In this document: positions 32,076 through 39,783 of the stretch, one piece after another | Numbering within the stretch: position 1 is the stretch's first letter | Layout: every line of letters begins with the position of its first letter | NCBI RefSeq assembly: GCF_026626745.1 | Contig: NZ_JAPNJW010000001.1 | Coordinates: 908,311-972,310 of the forward strand | Direction of reading: 5' to 3' | DNA length: 64,000 bases | Origin: Nannocystis sp. RBIL2 | Lineage (GTDB): Bacteria > Myxococcota_A > Polyangia > Nannocystales > Nannocystaceae | Translations under genes and position numbers: made by a program | The notes under the pieces: model-generated | The model's database searches: none | Told to the model about the DNA's origin: nothing | What the model saw: only the letters and a program-made list of their open reading frames with translations

Positions 32076-33524
32076 ATGACCGTGAAGACATCCCAGCTGT
32101 CCCTCGCGTCATCCCTCCTCCTCGCCGCCTGCTTCGACCCGGTCGGCAGCGACACGACCGCCACCGGCGGCAGCGACGGCCCCGCCACCACCAGCAGCGC
32201 CACCACGGTCGAGACCGGGAGCACTGTCAGCGGCGAGGGCCCGGGCACCAGCCCGGGACCCACCGGGCCCACCAGCGGTGAGGAGGGCACCGTCACCCTC
32301 ACCGGCGACACCTCGACCGGCACCGACACCACGGGCGAGCCCTGCACCCTCGACGTGTGCCCCTGCGACAGCGCCTCCGAGTGCCAGCCCGGCCAGCAGT
32401 GTCACGAGGGCAAGTGCGTCGAGTGCATCGACAGCGCCACCTGCAACGGCCGCGTGTGCGACCCCGTCGACCACGTCTGTCGCGCCTGCCGCGAGCATGA
32501 CGAGTGCCCGGAGACCGCCTGTGAGCTCGACGACGGCGTCTGCTTCCCCGAGGACAGCACCAGCCACGCCTTCATCGACCCCACCCTCGTCTGCGGCGAG
32601 CAGTCCTGCGCCAAGGATCAGCCGTGCTGCTCGATCGGCCAGGCCATGAACCAGCACCAGGACGCGGTGCACCTCGTCGTCCACCTGCTCCCCGGCACCT
32701 ATTCGACCGGCATCCACCTCGTGCAGGGCGGGCGCAAGATCGCCGTCCTCGGCAGCGAGCTCACCACCTTCACCGTCGACGTCGAGCCCGCAGTCCTCCT
32801 GGGCGACGAGATGCAGGACCTCGCCATCGACAGCGAGCTCTACGTCTCGCAGATCCGCATCGAAAACGGTCAGGGCGCCGCCGCAGTCCGTTGCCGCTCC
32901 TCCGCCCAGCTATGGCTCGACGACGTCCGGATCGTCGCCTACGGCGGCCGCGCCATCTCGACCGCCGACTGCACCACCGTGGTCCGCCGCAACCAGCTCG
33001 CGCAGAACGTCTACTCCGTCCACATCGCCGAGGGCACCACGTTGCGGCTAGAGAACAGCCTCGTCGCCCACTTCAACATGGGCGCCGCGCTCGAGATCGG
33101 CAACGCCAGCACCGCAAACCTCCTCTACACCACGCTCGGCGACGTCACCCAGCACGAGTCGGGCCTGTTTGTCTGCCTCGACGGCACCGCCGGCCTCATC
33201 GCCCGCAACTCGGCGCTCTTGAGCCACGGCGTCGTCAACACCTTCTCCTGTGCCTCCAGCGCGGCCCAGCTCGAGAACTCGGTCGTCAGCGCCTCGGAGC
33301 TGGAGAACGTCGAAACCAACACCAGCGTCATCCAGCCGCAGGACGTCCCGCAGATCTTCATGAGCTGGAACGGCGGCGACCTGCACGTGTTCGCTGACGG
33401 CGGCCCGCTCGCCGGCGTCGCCCGCTGGAAGCAGGGCGACCCGCGGACCGACGTCGACGGCGATCCGCGGCCGCTGATGGACGGCGCGCCCGACGTCGCC
33501 GGCGGCGACCGCCCGCCGGGTTGA
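32076..33524 (+). CDS. lipoprotein with Cys-rich module and right-handed beta-helix-like region
   Basis: It starts with the lipobox (SLLLAAC) and a T/S/G linker, then a Cys-rich segment (CTLDVCPCDSASECQPGQQCHEGKCVECID...) and repeated segments (ENSLVAHFNMGAALEIGNAS...) consistent with parallel beta-helix repeats. Confidence 0.6.
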   Translation: MTVKTSQLSLASSLLLAACFDPVGSDTTATGGSDGPATTSSATTVETGSTVSGEGPGTSPGPTGPTSGEEGTVTLTGDTSTGTDTTGEPCTLDVCPCDSASECQPGQQCHEGKCVECIDSATCNGRVCDPVDHVCRACREHDECPETACELDDGVCFPEDSTSHAFIDPTLVCGEQSCAKDQPCCSIGQAMNQHQDAVHLVVHLLPGTYSTGIHLVQGGRKIAVLGSELTTFTVDVEPAVLLGDEMQDLAIDSELYVSQIRIENGQGAAAVRCRSSAQLWLDDVRIVAYGGRAISTADCTTVVRRNQLAQNVYSVHIAEGTTLRLENSLVAHFNMGAALEIGNASTANLLYTTLGDVTQHESGLFVCLDGTAGLIARNSALLSHGVVNTFSCASSAAQLENSVVSASELENVETNTSVIQPQDVPQIFMSWNGGDLHVFADGGPLAGVARWKQGDPRTDVDGDPRPLMDGAPDVAGGDRPPG

Positions 33525-33749
33525 CCGTGACCTAACTCCGACCGGGTCGCCTCCGACGCGGCCCGTTCGCGCGGTCGATCGCCCCATCACGCCCGTGCAT
33601 GCCCCTGTCGCCCGCCCGAAGCGCGTTCGCGCACCAGACGCACATGCACTCGCATTGCAATTGCAGTCGGCTGACAACAGCGACTCGAGTGCGAGAGCGG
33701 CCCGCTCGCTTGACGGCCTCGGCCGGGATCTCTTAACCGTTCGATCCCG

Positions 33750-35786
33750 GTGCCACGCGCTCGCGCCACGCTCTGCACCTGCCTCGCGGCGTGCCTGTGG
33801 GCCTCGCCCGGCCAGGCCGCGCCCGCGGTGGTCCCCCCGAGCCCGCGGACCCGCGTCGACGCCGTCTATCCGCTCGCCGAGGCGCGCAGCGACGCCGTCG
33901 CGGTCGAGCTGGCCGTCACCGTCGAGGCCGACGGCCGGGTCGGCGCCGTCGAGGTCCTGAAGAGCGGCGGCGCGGCCTTCGACGACGCCGCAGTCGCCGC
34001 GGTCAAGCAGTGGCGGTTCGACCCGGCGCGCCGCGACGACGTCGCGGTGGCCGTCAAGATCCGCGTGCCCTTCAACTTCGCCCCGCCGGCCCAGCCCGCC
34101 GAGGCGCCCGCGGGTGAACCTGCCCCTTCGGCCCCACCCGGACAACCTGGCCCTTCGGCCAGCCCGCCAGGTCCGTCGCAACCTGCCCCTCCGGACAGCC
34201 AGCCGGGCCCGTCTCAACCCGCCCCTTCAGCCGGCCAGCCAGGCCCGTCTCAACCTGCCCCTTCGGCCAGCCCCACCCGACCTGCCCCCTCGGACAGCCA
34301 GCCGGGCCCGTCGCAACCTGCCCCTTCGGCCAGCCAGCCCGAGCCGGTGCTCGACGTCGCCGCGCGCAGCCGCCGGCCGCCGCCGCGGGCCGCCAGCGAC
34401 TTCGTCGTCGAGCGCGACGTCCTCGCCGCCCCGCCGCGGCAGAGCGCCGCCGACATGCTGAGCAGCGCCCCCGGCGTCTACGTCGCGCGGGCCGAGGGCG
34501 AGGCCGTCGCGCACGAGATCACCCTGCGCGGCTTCAACGCGGCGCACGGCCAGGACATCGAGATCACCGCCGGCGCCTTGCCGCTGAACCAGGTCTCGCA
34601 CCTGCACGGCCAGGGCTACGCCGACCTCAACTGGATCGTCCCCGAGACGGTGCGATCGATCCGCGTCACCGAGGGCGTCTACGACCCGCGGCAGGGCGAC
34701 TTCGCGGTCGCCGGCAGCATCGACTTCGACCTCGCCGTCCCGCGCCGCGGCATCCAGCTGCGCAGCACCGGCGGCTCCTTCGCCACCTTCCGCCAGCTCG
34801 TCCTGTGGGCCCCCAAGGGTCAGGACGACGAGACCTTCGCCGCCGCCGCGGTCCGCCGCACCCGCGGCTTCGGCATGAACCGCGGCGGCCTCTCGGGCAT
34901 GGCCATGGGCCAGTTCGCCTTCTCGGCCGCGGGCGGCTGGCGCGGCAAGGTCCACGTCGCCGCCTACGCCGCGCGGGCCGGCCTCGCCGGCGTCCTGCGC
35001 CGGGACGACGTCGCCGCCGGCGCCGTCGGCTTCTACGACAGCTACGGCGACCCCTCGGCCAACAGTCAGTCCGCCTCGGCCGCGCGCGGCCACCTCTCGC
35101 TCGAGCTCCAGCGCCGCGGCGAGGGCGGGGCGGTCACCCGCATGGCCGTGTGGACCGCCCTCGTCGACTTCCACAGCCGCGAGAACTTCACCGGCTACAC
35201 CCAGCGCGGCGTCGTCATGCCGCAGTGGGTCGGCCGCGGCGACCTCATCGAGCAGCAGAACCGCGACTTCGGCGGCGGCATGCGCCTGTCCCATCGGACA
35301 GCCGGCTGGCGCCCCGCCCCGTGGTTCCACGCCGCCCTCGAGGTCGGCGCGGCCGCGCGGATCCACAACATCCAGCAGGCGCAGAACCTCTTGCAAGCGC
35401 CGCAGAACGAGACCTGGGACCGGCGCGTCGACGCCACCGTGCTCGCCAGCGACGTCGGCCTCTACGGCGACCTCGACCTCCGCTTCGGCAAGCGCGTGCG
35501 CTTGCGCGGCGGCGGTCGGGCCGACGTCCTCCACTACGACATCGACGACCGCCTCGGCAACTTCATCGCCCCCTACCAGATCGAGAGCCACCTCGTCGGC
35601 CACCGCCGCACCGCCACCGGCGTGGCCGCCGGCCCGCGCGTCAGCCTCGAGGTCGCGCCTGTCCCTTGGGTCAGCCTGTTCGCCGCCTACGGCCAGGGCT
35701 ACCGCTCGCCGCAGGCGCGCCAGCTCGACGAGGGCGAGCGGGCTCCGTTCGCCAAGGTCCACAGCACCGAGGCGGCGTGCGCATGA
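33750..35786 (+). CDS. TonB-dependent receptor-like protein with N-terminal TonB-C-like domain and Pro-rich repeat linker (N-terminal 678-aa portion)
   Basis: It has a GTG start and signal peptide. The N-terminus carries a TonB C-terminal-like domain (YPLAEARSDAVAVELAVTVEADGRVGAVEVLKSGGAAFDDAAVAAVKQWRFDPARRDDVAV). Six 36-bp PAPSASQPGPSQ repeats follow, then plug-like motifs (MLSSAPGVYVARAEG...ITLRGFNA) and beta-barrel strands. The frame ends at TGA 35784-35786. Confidence 0.65.
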   Translation: MPRARATLCTCLAACLWASPGQAAPAVVPPSPRTRVDAVYPLAEARSDAVAVELAVTVEADGRVGAVEVLKSGGAAFDDAAVAAVKQWRFDPARRDDVAVAVKIRVPFNFAPPAQPAEAPAGEPAPSAPPGQPGPSASPPGPSQPAPPDSQPGPSQPAPSAGQPGPSQPAPSASPTRPAPSDSQPGPSQPAPSASQPEPVLDVAARSRRPPPRAASDFVVERDVLAAPPRQSAADMLSSAPGVYVARAEGEAVAHEITLRGFNAAHGQDIEITAGALPLNQVSHLHGQGYADLNWIVPETVRSIRVTEGVYDPRQGDFAVAGSIDFDLAVPRRGIQLRSTGGSFATFRQLVLWAPKGQDDETFAAAAVRRTRGFGMNRGGLSGMAMGQFAFSAAGGWRGKVHVAAYAARAGLAGVLRRDDVAAGAVGFYDSYGDPSANSQSASAARGHLSLELQRRGEGGAVTRMAVWTALVDFHSRENFTGYTQRGVVMPQWVGRGDLIEQQNRDFGGGMRLSHRTAGWRPAPWFHAALEVGAAARIHNIQQAQNLLQAPQNETWDRRVDATVLASDVGLYGDLDLRFGKRVRLRGGGRADVLHYDIDDRLGNFIAPYQIESHLVGHRRTATGVAAGPRVSLEVAPVPWVSLFAAYGQGYRSPQARQLDEGERAPFAKVHSTEAACA

Positions 35787-36412
35787 GCCCGCTCGGCGGT
35801 CGCCTCCAGCTCAGCGCCGCCGGCTTCGCCACCTTCCTCGCCCAGGACCTCGCCTTCGACCCCGAGGAGGGCCGGCTCGAGAAAGTCGGCCCGACGCGGC
35901 GGGCCGGCGCCGCGGTCCAGCTGATCGCGCGCCCGCTGCCGTGGTTGGTCGCCGCCGGCAGCGTCACCTACGTCCACGCCGTCCTGCGCGCCCCGCCGCC
36001 GGCCACCGCCGAGAACCCCTCCCCGCCCTACGTCCCCGGCCAGCTGCTGCCCTACGTCCCGCCCGTGGTCGTGCGCGCCGACATCGGCATCGACAAGGAC
36101 CTCGCCTTACTCAAGGGCCGCCCGCTCGGCCTGCGCGTCGGCCTCGGCTACTCCTACCTGTCCCCGCGGCCATTGCCCTACGGACAGTTCGCCGACCCCG
36201 TCCACCTCCTCGACGCCAGCGCCGCGGTGCGTTGGTCGGTCGTCGAGGTCGGCGTCGAGGCCTTCAACCTGCTGGCCCGTCGCTGGGCCGCCACCGAGTA
36301 CAACTTCGTGTCCGACTGGGGCACCCGCCCGATCCCCTCCCTCCTGCCCGCCCGCCACTTCGCCGCCGGCCCTCCGCTCAGCGTCATGGGCACCCTCACC
36401 CTGCACTTCTAG
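35783..36412 (+). CDS. C-terminal beta-barrel portion of the TonB-dependent receptor (separate frame, ATGA overlap)
   Basis: ATG at 35783 overlaps the upstream TGA. It encodes 209 aa of alternating-amphipathic barrel strands ending in the canonical C-terminal aromatic (...MGTLTLHF). This is either a split gene or a frameshifted single receptor. Confidence 0.5.
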   Translation: MSPLGGRLQLSAAGFATFLAQDLAFDPEEGRLEKVGPTRRAGAAVQLIARPLPWLVAAGSVTYVHAVLRAPPPATAENPSPPYVPGQLLPYVPPVVVRADIGIDKDLALLKGRPLGLRVGLGYSYLSPRPLPYGQFADPVHLLDASAAVRWSVVEVGVEAFNLLARRWAATEYNFVSDWGTRPIPSLLPARHFAAGPPLSVMGTLTLHF

Positions 36413-36469
36413 CCGCCTGTCCTCTCGGACTTCCCCGCGACTCGCGCTCGCAGCCGAAGTTTTCGCCCC

Positions 36470-36760
36470 GCATCGCCTTCCGACTCCGCGCGCCTCTCCG
36501 CCGCCTGCCCTCGGAGCCCGTTCCCGACCACCGCTTCCCCACGCGCATCGCCGCCCGACTCCGCGCCCTCTCCGCCGCCTGCCCTCGGAGCCCGTCCCCG
36601 AACGTCGCTTCCCCTCGCGCATCGCCGCCCGCTCCACGCCTCACATGAGTCGCCGCCCTCTCCATCGGGCCCGCCGCACCGACCCTCATCGCTCCTCACC
36701 CCGCCTCGCCTCATCAGCTGTCCCTTCGCACCTGTCCTCTCGCACCTGTCCCTTGTTACC
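36470..36760. repeat. tandem roughly 70-bp direct repeats (2.5 copies) plus three CTGTCC half-site units between receptor and lipoprotein genes
   Basis: The unit gcatcgcc...ccgcctgccctcggagcccgt(t/c)cccga...cgcttcccc repeats at 36470, 36541 and 36611. It is followed by cagctgtcccttcgcacctgtcctctcgcacctgtcccttg. Confidence 0.6.
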
Positions 36761-36773
36761 GGCCCTTTCGCCC

Positions 36774-37502
36774 ATGTCCCTCCGACCAGCCATGCTCCTC
36801 CTGCTCTGCGCCGCCTGCGGCGCCACCGGCGAGCCGGCCTTTCAGGCCCCGCTGCGGGCGCGAGGGGCCGCGGCCGAGCTGACCGCGGGCGCCTGGACAG
36901 TGACCCTCACGCGAGCAGAAGTCGGCCTCGGCCCGCTCTACCTGTGCGCCACCGCGGCCGCCTCCTCCGAGCTGTGCGCCACCGCGGCCGCCGAGTTCGC
37001 AGCGGTCGCCCCCGTCGACCTGCTCGACCTCGGCCCGCAGCCGCTCGGCGAGCTCGACGTCCTGCCCGGCCAGGTCCGCTCGGCCATGCTCGACTACGGC
37101 GTCACCTGGCTCAAGACGCAGGCCAAGCCGGGCGCTCAGGACGGCGCGCCGGGCCGGCGCGCCGCCCGGTTCGCCGGCACGGCTGTCTCTGCGGACATGT
37201 CCTTCGAGTTCACCGCCGACCTCGACGTCGCCCCCGTGCTCCGCGGCAGCCGCACCATCGAGGGCCTGCGGATCGGCCCCTTCGACCTCGACGTCGGCGG
37301 CGCGCTCGACGTCACGATCGACGGCGCCGCCTGGTGGGCCGGCGTCGAATTCGACGCCCTCGCCGCGCTCGGCCCCGGCCCGCACGACCTCGCCGCCCTG
37401 GCCGCCGAAGATCCGGCCTCGCCCGCCGCCGACGCCCTGGCCGCCGTCCGCTTCGCCATGATCGCCGTCCCGCCGCGGTTCGCCTGGACCGCCGAGGAAT
37501 GA
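36774..37502 (+). CDS. hypothetical lipoprotein in the TonB-system cluster
   Basis: MSLRPAMLLLLCAACGATG gives a lipobox. The protein is 242 aa, and the exbB start follows 5 nt after its stop. Confidence 0.55.
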   Translation: MSLRPAMLLLLCAACGATGEPAFQAPLRARGAAAELTAGAWTVTLTRAEVGLGPLYLCATAAASSELCATAAAEFAAVAPVDLLDLGPQPLGELDVLPGQVRSAMLDYGVTWLKTQAKPGAQDGAPGRRAARFAGTAVSADMSFEFTADLDVAPVLRGSRTIEGLRIGPFDLDVGGALDVTIDGAAWWAGVEFDALAALGPGPHDLAALAAEDPASPAADALAAVRFAMIAVPPRFAWTAEE

Positions 37503-37506
37503 CCCC

Positions 37507-38196
37507 ATGACCCCGATCGACGCCCTCCAGCAGCTCTTCCTCCGCGCCGGCGCCGGCTGGGTGCTGTGGCTGCTCGGCCTGCTCTCGCTCGTCAGCGTCG
37601 CCCTCACCGTCGAGCGCTGGTTGGTCCTGCGCGCCCGCGGCGGCGACCTGCGCGTGCTCGCCGGCCGCGTCGCGGCCCTCCTGCAGGCCGGCGACCGCGA
37701 CGGCGCGCTGCGCCTGCTCGCCGCCTCGCCGAGCGTCGCCGCGGCGATCGCCGCCGCCGGCCTGCGCCTCGCCGACCGCGGGCCCAAGGCCGCCGAGTAC
37801 GCCATGCAGAGCGCCCTCGCCCTCGAGCGCGGCCAGCTCGAGCGCGGCCTTATCTTCCTCGGCACCCTCGGCAACAACGCCCCGTTCGTCGGCCTGCTCG
37901 GCACCGTCATCGGCGTCATCGCCGCCTTCGAGGAGCTCGGCCACGCCGCCCCCGGCCACGGCGGGGGCACCGGCGCCGCCTCGCAGGTCGCCTCCAACGC
38001 CGTCATGTCGAGCATCGCCGAGGCCCTCGTCGCCACCGCCGTCGGCCTCCTCGTGGCCCTCCCCGCAGTCGCCGCCTACAACGCCTTCCAGCGCAAGATC
38101 ACCTCGCTGTGCCAGGGCAGCGAGGCGCTCACCAACCTCGTCCTCGCGTACATGTCCGATACGACAGGCCCCGAAGGCCAGCCGGAGGTGCGCTGA
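37507..38196 (+). CDS. exbB: MotA/TolQ/ExbB proton-channel family protein
   Basis: Three TM helices with the conserved GLLGTVIGVIAAF...AEALVATAVGLLVALPAVAAYN TolQ/ExbB core. There is a GAGGAA RBS. Confidence 0.85.
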   Translation: MTPIDALQQLFLRAGAGWVLWLLGLLSLVSVALTVERWLVLRARGGDLRVLAGRVAALLQAGDRDGALRLLAASPSVAAAIAAAGLRLADRGPKAAEYAMQSALALERGQLERGLIFLGTLGNNAPFVGLLGTVIGVIAAFEELGHAAPGHGGGTGAASQVASNAVMSSIAEALVATAVGLLVALPAVAAYNAFQRKITSLCQGSEALTNLVLAYMSDTTGPEGQPEVR

Positions 38197-38636
38197 TGGC
38201 CGGCCACAGCAGCGGCGACCCGGGCGGCATGATCGTCGGCATCAACGTCACGCCGATGGTCGACATCGTCCTGGTGCTGCTCATCATCTTCATCGTCACC
38301 GCCAAGATCATCGTCACCCCCGCGGTCGAGATGGACCTGCCGGAGGCCAGCACCGCCGGCGAGGTCCAGGTCGTCCTGTCGGTGATCGTCCCCGAGCGCG
38401 GCGCCACCCTCGTCGACGGCGAGCCGATCGCCGGCGACGACGAGCTGATGACCCGCGCCGCCGCAGTGCGCGCCCGCAGCCCGCAGGTCCGCGCCGTCAT
38501 CCACGCCGACGGCGAGGTCCCCCACCGCCGCGTGATCGCCACCATCGACGCCCTCCAGCGCGGCGGCGTCTACCGCGTCGCCTTCGCCACCCTGTCCCCC
38601 GCGCCAGGCCCCGCCGGCCAGGAGGCGACGCCGTGA
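38196..38636 (+). CDS. exbD: biopolymer transport protein ExbD/TolR
   Basis: ATG overlaps the exbB stop (TGATG). The protein has a single N-terminal TM helix (INVTPMVDIVLVLLIIFIV) with the conserved Asp and a periplasmic domain, 146 aa. Confidence 0.85.
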   Translation: MAGHSSGDPGGMIVGINVTPMVDIVLVLLIIFIVTAKIIVTPAVEMDLPEASTAGEVQVVLSVIVPERGATLVDGEPIAGDDELMTRAAAVRARSPQVRAVIHADGEVPHRRVIATIDALQRGGVYRVAFATLSPAPGPAGQEATP

Positions 38637-38647
38637 CCCGCTCGTCG

Positions 38648-38880
38648 CATCACATGTCCTTCGGGACAGCCTCCGGCGCGCCCGACACGGCTCATCACCT
38701 GTCTCTCGGGCCATCCTCCCCCGCGCCCGCACGAGCTCTGCCGCGAGCCCTCGCCCGAGCGAGCGCCGCCACGCCTCATCGCCTGTCCTTCGGGCCATCC
38801 TCCGCCGCGCGAGCTCAGGCGCCCGCGCGAGCCCTCGCGCGAGCGAGTGCCGCCGCTCCCCACCTGTCCTTGAAAAAATC
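38648..38880. repeat. tandem roughly 84-bp repeats, each headed by a CATCAC(C/A)TGTCCTTCGGG hairpin-family unit, in the exbD-tonB spacer
   Basis: The units are catcacatgtccttcgggacagcctcc, catcacctgtctctcgggccatcctcc, ctcatcgcctgtccttcgggccatcctcc and cacctgtccttgaaaaaa. Units 2 and 3 are full 84-bp tandem copies. Confidence 0.6.
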
Positions 38881-38898
38881 CTCAGTGGAGGTCCGCGC

Positions 38899-39735
38899 GT
38901 GACTCGGCCGGGCATCGCCGCCCAGGTGTTCGCCGCCGCTGCGCCGCCGGCCTCGCGGCGGCACCACGCGATCATCGTCGCCGTCGTCCTGCACCTCGGC
39001 GTCGCCGTGATGATCTTGCGGGCCCAGCCCACTCTGGAGACCTGGAGCGCCACCATGGCCGCGCGCGTCCACGACGAGCTGACCCGCCTGCAGCTCGCCG
39101 ACGTCGAGCGCACCGAGCCTACGCCTCCGCCGCCCGAGCCGACCCCCTCCGAGCCCCCGCCGCCCACCAGCGAGCCGGCCCCCGCCGTCGCCGCGACCCC
39201 ACCCGCCCCCGCGCGACCGGCCCGGCCCGCCCCCGCGCGCGCCGGCAAGGTCGTCGCCGCCCCGCCGGGCGCCCTCGACCTCACCGGCGACGTCGTCGTC
39301 GTCGGCAACGCCAGCGCCTACGTCGGCGGCGCCACCAGCTCGACCGGCACCGGCACCAAACCTGTCCCGAACGCCAGCTCGGGGCCGTCGCCCGCGCAGT
39401 CGCCCACGCCGCCCGCGAACCCCCCGCCTGCCTCCCCCGGCACCATCGATCGCTCGCGCTCGGTCGCCCTCGCCAGCGACGAGTGGAACTGCCCCTGGCC
39501 GCTCGAGGCCGACGGCCTCGCGCTTGACGAGCAGGTCGCCACGATCCGCGTCGCCGTCGACGCCCGCGGCGTCGTCGAGTCCGCCGAGCTCGTCACCGAC
39601 CCCGGCGACGGCTTCGGCGCCGCCGCCCTCGCCTGCGCCCGCCGGACCCGCTTCACCCCCGCGCTCGACCGCGACGGCCGCCCGGTCCGCGCCCGCTCGC
39701 CTGCCATTCGCGTCCACTTCACCCGCGACCGCTGA
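38899..39735 (+). CDS. tonB: energy transducer TonB
   Basis: GTG start with a GGAGGT RBS. It has an N-terminal TM anchor (AIIVAVVLHLGVAVMIL), a Pro-rich spacer (EPTPPPPEPTPSEPPPPTSEPAP) and a C-terminal TonB-C domain (IRVAVDARGVVESAELVTDPGDGFGAAALACARRTRFTPA). Confidence 0.8.
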   Translation: MTRPGIAAQVFAAAAPPASRRHHAIIVAVVLHLGVAVMILRAQPTLETWSATMAARVHDELTRLQLADVERTEPTPPPPEPTPSEPPPPTSEPAPAVAATPPAPARPARPAPARAGKVVAAPPGALDLTGDVVVVGNASAYVGGATSSTGTGTKPVPNASSGPSPAQSPTPPANPPPASPGTIDRSRSVALASDEWNCPWPLEADGLALDEQVATIRVAVDARGVVESAELVTDPGDGFGAAALACARRTRFTPALDRDGRPVRARSPAIRVHFTRDR

Positions 39736-39783
39736 TTCCGCCTGCACTTCGGGACATGTCCTGAAGACCACTCCATCGCCGCC

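Noticed and set aside
38633-38902. Calling the exbD-tonB spacer ORF as a confident CDS
   Set aside because: GC3 is about 74% with frequent CGA codons, and the sequence is built from tandem non-coding-type repeats. It is kept as a finding, not as a gene.
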